From contig CAMNEX010000001.1 of NCBI GenBank assembly GCA_946536825.1, positions 1 to 62,118 of the forward strand: a DNA stretch of 62,118 nucleotides, read 5' to 3'. The stretch comes from an uncultured Selenomonadales bacterium (GTDB lineage: Bacteria; Bacillota; Negativicutes; Selenomonadales; Selenomonadaceae). Positions within the stretch are counted from its first letter, which is position 1. Each line of letters starts with the position of its first letter. Position numbers and translations under genes: made by a program. This document shows positions 18,577 through 27,444 of the stretch, piece by piece. The notes below the pieces were generated by a model that was not told the origin of the DNA, did no database searches, and was given only the letters and a program-made list of their open reading frames with translations.

Positions 18577-19744
18577 TGTTATACACTCCTTTTCCTAAAC
18601 TGTGAAAAATTTTTTCTTGAGACTTAATAAATTCCTGCCTGAAGGAAATGACATGCTCGCCATAAACAAGCCCTTTATTTTCAATCGCCGCAATCAGCGA
18701 CTTATCATAATCCGTCGTAAGCACAAGGTGTGGCAACTCCTCGCGAGTTGTATCGCGGATTAAATCGCGGAAATTTTCTTCGTCATAAATAAAAATCTTG
18801 TCGGCAAGAAAATTTTTCTCCCTCAATAACCCTGCCAAAATTTTCATTGATTCGGGCGAACGTATGACGCGGACGGAGGCGAAAAATTTTTTCGGCAGAT
18901 ATTCAAGAAGGGATTCTCCGCGCTTAATTCTTCTAAGCAACCGTTCAAATGCCAATTTTATAAGCGTAAGGGACATCATATTTGCTTCATAATCTTGATT
19001 AGCCATTTGAGAGCGGAGCGGACGCAAATCATAGCCGAGTTGCGAAAAAACTTCAACATAAAAATCCGCGTTAAAATTATGCCAGTTATGACAACCAAAA
19101 GGCAAATTCCCGCCCAGTTTTTTTACACAGCGTTCGGGATACCATTCCATTGAAAAAGCTTTGGCGACTTTGACGGGCGCGGTGTGGAAATCAACTTCAC
19201 TTGCCGCACCGCATAAGGCGAAGAACGTGTCTTCTATAAATTTTTGAGGAAGTTTATCCCAATCCGAAGAACATTTTGTCAAAAGTTTGTGGCAAGCCTT
19301 GACTTTGCGAAGAGAAAAGCCGCCGTTGCCGACTCGCGGCGTTTTTTTTATTTTCACAGTGCGATAACTCGAAGCATTCCAAGAAGGATAAGGCCACGGC
19401 GCACCGATGTAATCATAACCGAGCGAGCAAAAATCCTCCAGCGCGTCATAGAAAACAAAGGCGTCGAGCTGATAAATCAGTATGTAATCGAAAATCAAAA
19501 ACGGTTCATAGAAAAACGGCGACAACAAAAGTTGGCTGTAGGTTTCGCGACTTTGGAAATATTGCGGGTGGAATTGAACAAGCATATCGCCGGGCTCAAG
19601 GTAAGAAATTTTTTTATCTTGAGGCGCGACAAAGATAATCGGATACCTTCCCAAAACTTTTCTGACCTGCGCGAGCGAAATTTTTTCCAGCTCGTTAATT
19701 TCTTCTTTGTAAATCGGGATAACCACAGCGACATTTGCTGACAA
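18566..19744 (-). CDS. DUF5672-like putative glycosyltransferase, tandem paralog B
   Basis: 392 aa. Motifs …YDYIGAPWP… and …VGNGGFSLRKV…. TTG start after AAGGAG. Overlaps the cupin start by 11 nt. Confidence 0.55.
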   Translation of the reverse strand: MSANVAVVIPIYKEEINELEKISLAQVRKVLGRYPIIFVAPQDKKISYLEPGDMLVQFHPQYFQSRETYSQLLLSPFFYEPFLIFDYILIYQLDAFVFYDALEDFCSLGYDYIGAPWPYPSWNASSYRTVKIKKTPRVGNGGFSLRKVKACHKLLTKCSSDWDKLPQKFIEDTFFALCGAASEVDFHTAPVKVAKAFSMEWYPERCVKKLGGNLPFGCHNWHNFNADFYVEVFSQLGYDLRPLRSQMANQDYEANMMSLTLIKLAFERLLRRIKRGESLLEYLPKKFFASVRVIRSPESMKILAGLLREKNFLADKIFIYDEENFRDLIRDTTREELPHLVLTTDYDKSLIAAIENKGLVYGEHVISFRQEFIKSQEKIFHSLGKGVYNNGN

Positions 19745-19750
19745 AATTTT

Positions 19751-20908
19751 TCACTCCTTGCCCAAGCTATGGAAAATTTTTTCTTGAAACTTAATAAACT
19801 CTTTCCTGAAGGAAATGACATGCTCGCCGTAAACAAGCCCTTTATTTTCAATCGCTTCGATTAAAGACCTGTCATCATTTTCAGCGATTATCAGATGCGG
19901 CAGTTTTTCGCGAGTCACGTCGCGGATTAAATCGCGGGAATTTTTTTCGTCATAAATAAAAATCTTGTCGACAAGAAAAATTTCCTCCGTCAACAGGTGC
20001 GCCAAAAGTTTCATGGCGGCGGGCGAACGTATGACGCGAATTGAAGCGAATTTTTTTGCAGGCAGATATTGCAGGAGAGTTTTATTTTTGAGGTCGCGAA
20101 TAAGCCGCTCCATTGCAATCATTTCCAAGGAACGCGGCAAAAACCATTCGTAATCGTTCGTATGCATTTGAGAGCGGAACGGGCGCAAGTCGTAGCCGAG
20201 CTGAGCAAAAAGTTCAACGTAAAAATCCGCGCTGAGCTTCGTCCAGCCGTGGCAACCAAAAGGCAAATTCCCGCCAGATTTTTTTAAATAGCGGTCGGGA
20301 TAATGTTCCATTGCAAAGAGATTTGCGACTTCGACGGGCGCAGAATGAAAATCAAAATTTTTATCCGCTCCGCAGTAAGTAAAAAAGCTATCCTCGGAAT
20401 CGCTTACAACGCCGTACAACGCGAAAAAGCTGTCTTGTGCAAGGTTATTTTCCCAATTCGGCAGAAAAGAACATTCGGTTAAAAGTTTATGGAACGCTTT
20501 GACTTTGCGAAGAGAAAAGCCGCCGTTGCCGACGCGTTTAACGCCCCACGAGACAGGCCACGGCGCACCGATATAATCATAACCGAGCGAGCAAAAATCC
20601 TCCAGCGCGTCATAGAAAACAAAGGCGTCGAGCTGATAAATCAACATGTAATCGAAAACCAAAAACGGTTCATAGAAAAACGGCGACATTAAAAGTTGAC
20701 TGTATGTCATGCCGCTTTGGAAATATTGCGGGTGGAATTGAACGAGCATATCGCCGGGCTCAAGGTAAGAAAATTTTTTACCTTCGGGCGCGACAAAGAT
20801 AATCGGATACCTTTCCAAAACTTTTCTGACTTGCGCGAGCGAAATTTTTTCGAGGTCGTCAATTTCCTCTTTGTAAATCGGAATAACCACAGCGACATTT
20901 GCTGACAA
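19751..20908 (-). CDS. DUF5672-like putative glycosyltransferase, tandem paralog A
   Basis: 385 aa. The first ~118 aa are ~90% identical to paralog B and share its motifs. TTG start after GGAAGGA. Confidence 0.55.
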   Translation of the reverse strand: MSANVAVVIPIYKEEIDDLEKISLAQVRKVLERYPIIFVAPEGKKFSYLEPGDMLVQFHPQYFQSGMTYSQLLMSPFFYEPFLVFDYMLIYQLDAFVFYDALEDFCSLGYDYIGAPWPVSWGVKRVGNGGFSLRKVKAFHKLLTECSFLPNWENNLAQDSFFALYGVVSDSEDSFFTYCGADKNFDFHSAPVEVANLFAMEHYPDRYLKKSGGNLPFGCHGWTKLSADFYVELFAQLGYDLRPFRSQMHTNDYEWFLPRSLEMIAMERLIRDLKNKTLLQYLPAKKFASIRVIRSPAAMKLLAHLLTEEIFLVDKIFIYDEKNSRDLIRDVTREKLPHLIIAENDDRSLIEAIENKGLVYGEHVISFRKEFIKFQEKIFHSLGKE

Positions 20909-20914
20909 AATTTT

Positions 20915-22375
20915 TCATCCTTCCATGTTGGTGCGCGTTTTATGGAGCAAACTCATTTTCATATCGTAGTAATCGGGCGTCATATCCAAGTAGTGTCGGT
21001 GCGGATTCTCGAAACGTTGCTCCTCCTGCCAAATTTCGTGTTCAAGCTGATATTTAACGTAGTCGCGAATTTCATTGAGCGGCGGCAAATTTTCTGTGCG
21101 CCGCCCGTCCTTGACGTAAAGCCGCGAAAGTTTTTTTGCAGTGCAGTTTGCAAAGGCGCGATTTTTCCACGGCTTGACCGGATCGACGTAGCGATAAGGC
21201 GTCATCATGTCAACAGGCTCGTCCATAAGCGCAATTAAATCTGCCACGGCGTGCCCGTCCTCGTTGTACACGCGATAAATATTTTTCAAGCCGGGGTTGG
21301 TGATTTTCTCGACGTTTTCGCTGACTTTAATTCGCGGAATAAATTTTCCGCCCTCCTCAACCGCAACGATTTTATAAACCGCGCCGAATACAGGTTCAGA
21401 CTTCGCAGTTATCAAACGTTCGCCGACGCCGAAACTGTCAATCGCCGCGCCTTGACTTATCAGAGAAGTTATCGTGAATTCGTCGAGGCTGTTTGACGCG
21501 ATAATTTTGCAATCGTTCAAGCCCGCGTCGTCAAGCATTCTGCGAATTTTTTTAGACAGATAAGCCAAGTCGCCCGAATCAATTCTGACGCCTTTAAGAC
21601 GCTTGCCTTGCGGCTCCAAAACTTCTTTGGCGACGCGAATTGCGTTGGGTATGCCGCTGTGAATTACGTCGTAGGTATCGACAAGGAGCATTGTGGCGTT
21701 GGGATAAACTTCCGCGTATTTTTTGAAAGCCTCGAACTCATCGCGGAAATACATAACCCAACTGTGCGCCATTGTGCCGTTGACGGGAATATTAAAAAGT
21801 TGTCCTGCCGAGACAGTCGCCGTGCCGTTCACTCCGCCGATAAAAGCCGCTCGCGCTCCGTAAGTTGCGGCGTCCATGTTGTGAGCGCGGCGGGCTCCGA
21901 AGTCGGAAACGAAGCGTCCTTCCGCCGCCCGAACAATTCTGCGCGCCTTGGTTGCGATAAGCGATTGATGATTTATCTGCGCCAAAATCGCCGTCTCGAC
22001 CAGTTGCGCGTCGATTAAATCCGCCACGACCGTCATAAACGGTTCGTTAGGATACATTATCGTACCTTCGGGGAAGGCGTAAATATCCCCGCGGAAATGA
22101 AAATCTTTGAGGCTCTCAAGAAAATCTTCGTTGAAAATTTTTTGCCCGCGCAGATAGTCAATATCCGCCGCGCTGAACTGCATATTTTCCACGTATTCGA
22201 TAACCTGTTCAAGTCCCGCGAAAATCGCGAAGCCGCCGGCGTCGGGGTTTCGCCGATAGAACACGTCGAACGCTACGCGAGTATTTTCGCCGCCCTGCAC
22301 AAAATAGCCGTTCGCCATCGTCATTTCGTAGAAATCCATCATCATGCTGATATTTCTTTTATCAAATTGCGACAT
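20915..22375 (-). CDS. pncB: Nicotinate phosphoribosyltransferase
   Basis: MSQFDKRNISMMMDFYEMTMANGYF... is a typical NAPRTase N-terminus. ATG 22375 lies behind GGAGG. The listed 766-aa ORF extends spuriously upstream, antisense to ftsZ. Confidence 0.85.
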   Translation of the reverse strand: MSQFDKRNISMMMDFYEMTMANGYFVQGGENTRVAFDVFYRRNPDAGGFAIFAGLEQVIEYVENMQFSAADIDYLRGQKIFNEDFLESLKDFHFRGDIYAFPEGTIMYPNEPFMTVVADLIDAQLVETAILAQINHQSLIATKARRIVRAAEGRFVSDFGARRAHNMDAATYGARAAFIGGVNGTATVSAGQLFNIPVNGTMAHSWVMYFRDEFEAFKKYAEVYPNATMLLVDTYDVIHSGIPNAIRVAKEVLEPQGKRLKGVRIDSGDLAYLSKKIRRMLDDAGLNDCKIIASNSLDEFTITSLISQGAAIDSFGVGERLITAKSEPVFGAVYKIVAVEEGGKFIPRIKVSENVEKITNPGLKNIYRVYNEDGHAVADLIALMDEPVDMMTPYRYVDPVKPWKNRAFANCTAKKLSRLYVKDGRRTENLPPLNEIRDYVKYQLEHEIWQEEQRFENPHRHYLDMTPDYYDMKMSLLHKTRTNMEG

Positions 22376-22592
22376 ATAAAATTCCTCCGTAAAGCTAATA
22401 AAAAAATTAATTTGATTTATTCTGTTGCCGATAAAAATTTCCTTCAAAAAATTTTTCCCAATAAAAGCAAGGCGGGAAATTTTATTTAAAAGCACGACTC
22501 CGAAAATTAATTTTGTGTTATAGGTTTTTTTCATTAAGCTATGGTAAACTTTTAACGCTTGCGTAGAAAATTTTTTCACGGAGGGGAAGTAA

Positions 22593-23762
22593 ATGTTTGA
22601 AATCGAAGACCCTACATTAGACCAACTGGCGAAAATAAAAGTAATTGGAATAGGCGGCGGCGGCTCCAACGCCGTAAACAGAATGATTGAGTCGGGATTG
22701 GAGGGCGTGGAGTTCATTGCGGTTAATACAGATTCGCAAGCCCTGCTTATGAGTAAATCGCCCAAGAGAATGCAAATCGGCGAAAAATTGACAAGGGGAT
22801 TGGGCGCGGGAGCTCGTCCGGATATTGGCGAACGCGCCGCGCAAGAAAGTCGCAATGATATTCTTGAAGCTCTGCGCGGGTCGGATATGGTTTTCATAAC
22901 GGCGGGCATGGGCGGCGGAACGGGAACAGGCGCGGCTCCGGTTGTGGCTGAATGCGCTCGCGAAGTCAACGCGCTGACTGTAGCCGTTGTTACTCGCCCG
23001 TTTACTTTTGAAGGTCCCAAACGTAAAAAAAATGCCGACGCAGGCATTGAGAAATTAAAAAAGAATGTCGACGCGATTATCACAATCCCCAACGACAGAC
23101 TTTTGCAAGTTGTCGATAAGAAAACGCCAATGACAAAAGCTTTTACGATAGCCGACGATATTTTGCGCCAGGGCGTCAAGGGCATTTCGGATTTAATCGC
23201 GGTGCCGGGCGTCATAAATCTTGATTTCGCGGACGTTCAATCGATAATGAACAACGCAGGCTCCGCGCTTATGGGCGTTGGCGAGGCTTCGGGCGATAAT
23301 GCCGCGGTTGAGGCAGTTAAAAAAGCTATTGCCTCCCCGCTTTTGGAAACGAGCGTTGACAGTGCCCGCGGAATTCTTTTGAATTTCATGGGCGCGACCG
23401 ATTCCCTGTCAATGATGGAAGTCAATGAGGCGTCGACTACCGTTCAAGAGGCGGCACACCCCGACGCCGAAATTATTTGGGGCGTCAGCGTCGACGAATC
23501 CTTGGGCGATACCATTGTCGTAACGATTATTGCGACGCGCTTCGGCGAGGAAGAAGAAGTTCCCGTCAAAAAAGAAATTCCCGCAACAAAATTTTATCCC
23601 CCGCCGACTCAACAAAATCAACAACAATACACACAGCCGACTTCGGAGCCGCAACCTTATAACAGAACGCCTCAGCCAAGACAGGAGGAGCCGCCGCAAT
23701 CCAGAAATACTTTCGCGAATATAATCCCCGACTTCATGACCAATCGCCGCAACAGAAGATAA
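22593..23762 (+). CDS. ftsZ: Cell division protein FtsZ
   Basis: [10 protein letters not shown], tubulin signature GGGTGTG (nt 22911-22931), T7 loop NLDFADV, Q/P-rich linker and C-terminal peptide IIPDFM. Confidence 0.95.
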   Translation: MFEIEDPTLDQLAKIKVIGIGGGGSNAVNRMIESGLEGVEFIAVNTDSQALLMSKSPKRMQIGEKLTRGLGAGARPDIGERAAQESRNDILEALRGSDMVFITAGMGGGTGTGAAPVVAECAREVNALTVAVVTRPFTFEGPKRKKNADAGIEKLKKNVDAIITIPNDRLLQVVDKKTPMTKAFTIADDILRQGVKGISDLIAVPGVINLDFADVQSIMNNAGSALMGVGEASGDNAAVEAVKKAIASPLLETSVDSARGILLNFMGATDSLSMMEVNEASTTVQEAAHPDAEIIWGVSVDESLGDTIVVTIIATRFGEEEEVPVKKEIPATKFYPPPTQQNQQQYTQPTSEPQPYNRTPQPRQEEPPQSRNTFANIIPDFMTNRRNRR

Positions 23763-23779
23763 TTTTTGACGGAGGGTTG

Positions 23780-24598
23780 ATGATGTTTGAAAACAATATA
23801 GATAACCGATTTGTAAAAATTAAAGTTGTCGGCGTCAACACTGCGGACGAAGAAAAACTTTCGGGCGGGCTTGCCGCCGTTAATTATATGTTGGGAAAAA
23901 ATTTGCAGGGTGTGAATTATCTGGCAGTCGACAGGCAGGACGTTAAAAATCTTGAAGGTTGCAACGCGATTCACAAATTTCGACTGCTGAATTCCGACGA
24001 CGAAAAAATTTTAACAGAAAATCTGCGCGGAGCAGATTTAATTTTTATCGCGGCAGATGAGGTCTGGGAAAATATAAAAGCTGTCGCGCTTGTTGCTCAT
24101 TGCGCGAAGAAAATCGGCGTGCCCGTGATTTTTATAGCGGGCGGAAATTTCGAGGACGCGGAAGATGAAATTATTTTCGACGCGCTGATAAAATTGCCCG
24201 GTAAAAATTTTGAATTTGACTCCTGTAAGGTCGTTCAAAATTTTGTCGAGATAATAACTTTGGAGGGACAGCCGAAACTTGATATTAAAGTTTTTTCGGA
24301 GCTCGTGAAGGATTCCGGCGCGTGTATAGGTTACGGCGAGCGCGAAGGGAAAAATGCCGTCGTGAAAGCCGCCAAAGCCGCGCTTGAGCAGGTTGAAAAT
24401 TCTTCGGAAAATTTCAAAGCCGCCGAAAAAATTTTATTCAACATAACCGCCGCCAAAGGAAATTTATCTCTGGAGGAGGCGCAAAAACTTTCGCGGCTTT
24501 TTAAACGCCACGCGCCCAAAGCAGAAATTTTATTCGGCTTTTCAATCGATGATTGGCTTGTCGACAAAGTAAAATTTTTACTCGTCACAGTGCAATAG
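23780..24598 (+). CDS. Degenerate FtsZ-like paralog lacking GTP-binding and T7 catalytic motifs
   Basis: Collinear with FtsZ: IKVVGV / GVNYLAVD / ADLIFIAA / VPVIFIAGGNFE / GACIGYGEREGKNAVVKAAKAAL / ILFGFSIDD. The GGGTGTG position reads ADEVWEN. GGAGGG RBS 14 nt after the ftsZ stop. Confidence 0.75.
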   Translation: MMFENNIDNRFVKIKVVGVNTADEEKLSGGLAAVNYMLGKNLQGVNYLAVDRQDVKNLEGCNAIHKFRLLNSDDEKILTENLRGADLIFIAADEVWENIKAVALVAHCAKKIGVPVIFIAGGNFEDAEDEIIFDALIKLPGKNFEFDSCKVVQNFVEIITLEGQPKLDIKVFSELVKDSGACIGYGEREGKNAVVKAAKAALEQVENSSENFKAAEKILFNITAAKGNLSLEEAQKLSRLFKRHAPKAEILFGFSIDDWLVDKVKFLLVTVQ

Positions 24599-24602
24599 AA
24601 AA

Positions 24603-24632
24603 ATCCCTGCAAAATCGGCAGGGATTTTTTTT
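24603..24632 (+). terminator. Rho-independent terminator after the ftsZ-like gene
   Basis: ATCCCTGC-aaaatcg-GCAGGGAT followed by T8. Confidence 0.65.
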
Positions 24633-24715
24633 GATTAATAGCCGCGCTTTACTTTAAACCGCGTTAAGAATATAATTCGCGGGTAAAAATTTTTAGTTTC
24701 AATGAGGTGTTTGGT

Positions 24716-26386
24716 TTGAAAAATCATAAAAAATACAGCAAAGGCTATTTTCTGCCGCCCGAAATGATTTGGGATTGGGTGCACAAGGAATATCCCGAAA
24801 AAGCTCCGGTGTGGTGTAGCGTCGACCTGCGCGACGGAAATCAATCGCTGATTATTCCAATGAGTCTCGACGAAAAAATCGAGTTCTATAAAACGCTCGT
24901 CAAAATCGGATTCAAGGAAATTGAAGTCGGCTTTCCCGCCGCCAGCGATACCGAATACGCGCTCCTTCGCAAGCTGATTGAAGATAATTTAATTCCCGAC
25001 GACGTAACCGTTCAGGTTTTGACGCAAGCGCGGGAACATATCATAAAAAAAACTTTCGACGCACTTAAGGGCGCGAAAAATGCAATCGTCCATGTTTACA
25101 ATTCGACTTCCGTGGCGCAACGCGAACAGGTTTTCAGAATGTCAAAGGACGAAATAAAAAATATCGCGGTTGACGGCGCGAAACTTCTGCTTGAATTGAC
25201 GGAAAAAGCCGGCGCGGATTATCGCTTTGAATATTCGCCCGAAAGTTTCACGGGCACCGAGCCGGAATACGCCCTTGAAGTTTGTAACGCCGTCCTTGAC
25301 GTTTGGGAGCCGGTTATTGACCGCCACCCGATTATAAATATTCCCGTGACTGTCGAAATGAGTTTGCCGCATATTTACGCCGCGCAGGTTGCTTACATAA
25401 ATAAATATCTCAAGTTCCGCGACAAAGTTGTTTTGAGCCTCCACCCGCACAACGACCGCGGTTGCGGCGTCGCCGATTGCGAGCTGGGACTTTTGGCGGG
25501 CGCGGACAGAATAGAAGGTACGCTTTTCGGCAACGGCGAACGGACAGGCAACGTCGATATTGTTACGCTGGCAATGAATATGTTCGCCCTCGGCGTCGAC
25601 CCCGAACTTGATTTTACGAATATGCCCGCGCTTGTCGAAATGTATGAGCGCGTCACAAGAATGAGAGTTCACGACCGTCAGCCTTATGCGGGCGCGTTGG
25701 TGTTTACGGCTTTCAGCGGCAGTCATCAGGACGCCATTGCAAAGGGAATGCATTGGCGCGAGGAAAAAAATCCGGACCGTTGGACTGTTCCTTATCTGCC
25801 AATCGACCCGAAGGACGTCGGCCGCGAATACGACAGCGACGTTATCAGAATCAATTCGCAGAGCGGCAAAGGCGGCGTCGGCTTTATCATGGAGCAAAGA
25901 TACGGCGTCGAAATGCCCAAGAAGATGCGCGAGGACTTCGGCTATTGCGTCAAAGCCGTTTCCGACCACAAGCACAAAGAACTTTTGCCCGACGAAATTT
26001 ATCAGATTTTCCACGACCAATATGTCAATGTCGACAAGCCATATAAATTGATTGAATTCCATCTCCGCAAGGAGCCGGGCGGCGCGAGAGTCGGCAGCGT
26101 TGATTTGGAAGTCAACGGCGACCGCGTGACGTATATGGCTCGCGGCAACGGACGACTTGACGCCATTTCAAACGCCCTGCAAAAAAATCTCGGCATAAAA
26201 TATTCCAATCTGACTTACAACGAACACGCTCTTGAAATCGGACAATCTGCGCGGGCAATCGCGTATATTTCAATCACGGGCGAGGACGGAAAAGTCACCT
26301 GGGGCGCGGGCATGGATACCGATATTATCACCGCGTCGATTCAAGCTTTGCTCAGCGCGATTAATCGCATGGTTACCGCCAAATAA
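24716..26386 (+). CDS. leuA: 2-isopropylmalate synthase (long form)
   Basis: …WCSVDLRDGNQSLIIPMSLDEKIEFYKTLVKIGFKEIEVGFPAAS…, HPHNDRGCGVA, and a C-terminal LeuA dimerisation/regulatory region. Start set at TTG 24716, 6 nt after GAGGTG. Confidence 0.85.
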   Translation: MKNHKKYSKGYFLPPEMIWDWVHKEYPEKAPVWCSVDLRDGNQSLIIPMSLDEKIEFYKTLVKIGFKEIEVGFPAASDTEYALLRKLIEDNLIPDDVTVQVLTQAREHIIKKTFDALKGAKNAIVHVYNSTSVAQREQVFRMSKDEIKNIAVDGAKLLLELTEKAGADYRFEYSPESFTGTEPEYALEVCNAVLDVWEPVIDRHPIINIPVTVEMSLPHIYAAQVAYINKYLKFRDKVVLSLHPHNDRGCGVADCELGLLAGADRIEGTLFGNGERTGNVDIVTLAMNMFALGVDPELDFTNMPALVEMYERVTRMRVHDRQPYAGALVFTAFSGSHQDAIAKGMHWREEKNPDRWTVPYLPIDPKDVGREYDSDVIRINSQSGKGGVGFIMEQRYGVEMPKKMREDFGYCVKAVSDHKHKELLPDEIYQIFHDQYVNVDKPYKLIEFHLRKEPGGARVGSVDLEVNGDRVTYMARGNGRLDAISNALQKNLGIKYSNLTYNEHALEIGQSARAIAYISITGEDGKVTWGAGMDTDIITASIQALLSAINRMVTAK

Positions 26387-26442
26387 AAATCAACTTTGCA
26401 AATGAAAAAGCCTCCTCCGATTTTGGAAGAGGCTTTAATTTT

Positions 26443-27042
26443 TCAGACGGGCACGCGATTTTCTATTGCCTTGGCGATTGTCAAGCTGTCCGTTCCGGCG
26501 AAGTCCGCACCGACCGCCAAACCCCGCGCAAGTTTCGTGACTTTGACGCCCGCAGGATTTAAAAGCCGCGAAATAAAAAGCGAAGTCGCATCGCCCTCAA
26601 CCGTCGGTTCAAAGGCGATTATCACTTCCTGAACTTTATCTTCGCTGACGCGCTTAATCAATTCGCGCAGATGAATATCGTTCTGCGAAATGCCCGCCAT
26701 AGGCGAAATTAATCCGCCCGTCACGTGATATTTTCCGTCGAAAGAACCCGCGCGTTCAATCGCGTCGAGGTCTTTGGCGTCTTTGACGACGCAAATAATT
26801 TTCCCGTCGCGTTTATCCGAAGCGCAAATGTCGCAGATATTTTTTTCGGCGTCAATGGTGTTGAAGCAAATTTCGCAAGCATGAGTGTCCAGCTTGACCG
26901 AGCGAATCGCCGCCGCTAAATTTTCCACGTCGTCGGCTTTCATTTCCGCGATATGATAAGCGAGCCGAGCGGCAGTTTTAATCCCGACGCCCGGCAATTT
27001 TGTAAGCGACTCCACAAGAGCCGCCATTGCTTTTGATGACAT
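26443..27042 (-). CDS. recR: Recombination protein RecR
   Basis: LPGVGIKTAARLAYHI helix-hairpin-helix, C4 zinc finger CEICFN..CDIC, and a Toprim region. Confidence 0.9.
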   Translation of the reverse strand: MSSKAMAALVESLTKLPGVGIKTAARLAYHIAEMKADDVENLAAAIRSVKLDTHACEICFNTIDAEKNICDICASDKRDGKIICVVKDAKDLDAIERAGSFDGKYHVTGGLISPMAGISQNDIHLRELIKRVSEDKVQEVIIAFEPTVEGDATSLFISRLLNPAGVKVTKLARGLAVGADFAGTDSLTIAKAIENRVPV

Positions 27043-27056
27043 AAAAATTTTTCCCG

Positions 27057-27434
27057 TTAAGCTTTAGGTCCGCCCAAAAATTTTCCAAGTAAATCGTTCA
27101 TGTTGCCCAAATCACCCAGACCGCCGAGCGCATTGCCCGCGAATGCCGACATGTTCGCCGAAATCTTTTTATCAATCTCCGCATTTGCCGCATTGACCGC
27201 GCTGACAACCAAATCTTCAATCGCGCTGACATCGCCGTCTTGCACGAGTTCGGGCGCGATTTTTATTTCTTTGACAACTTTTTCTCCGTCAACAGTTGCG
27301 CTGACCATGCCGCCGCCGACTTGCGCCGTTGCCGTCTCTTTTTTGAGCCGCGCTTTATTTTCCTCAAAACTCCTCTGCAAAGCTTGCGCCTGCTTCAATA
27401 TCGCATTTAAATCGAATCCCTGTTGTGCCATCAA
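27057..27434 (-). CDS. ybaB: YbaB/EbfC nucleoid-associated protein
   Basis: 125 aa between dnaX and recR. Motif …VGGGMVSATVDGEKVVKEIKIAPELV…DLVVSAVNAA…. Confidence 0.85.
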   Translation of the reverse strand: MMAQQGFDLNAILKQAQALQRSFEENKARLKKETATAQVGGGMVSATVDGEKVVKEIKIAPELVQDGDVSAIEDLVVSAVNAANAEIDKKISANMSAFAGNALGGLGDLGNMNDLLGKFLGGPKA

Positions 27435-27444
27435 AAATCTCTCC

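Noticed and set aside
20915-23215. A 766-aa minus-strand ORF that would fuse a ~280-aa N-terminal region to nicotinate phosphoribosyltransferase.
   Set aside because: The N-terminal part is antisense to ftsZ and low-complexity (Ala/Pro/Ser-rich mirror of Gly/Ala codons). A canonical NAPRTase N-terminus (MSQFDKRN…) with a GGAGG RBS starts at 22375, so only 20915-22375 is called.
25142-26062. A 306-aa ORF antisense to leuA. Similar long shadow ORFs occur at 6763-7500, 7528-8055, 15357-15986, 17332-17988, 30344-31024, 39445-40023, 40708-41241 and 42877-43464.
   Set aside because: Each lies fully inside, or opposite, a confidently identified gene. None has an RBS, and their compositions are biased (Arg/Phe/Asn-rich), as expected for antisense frames.
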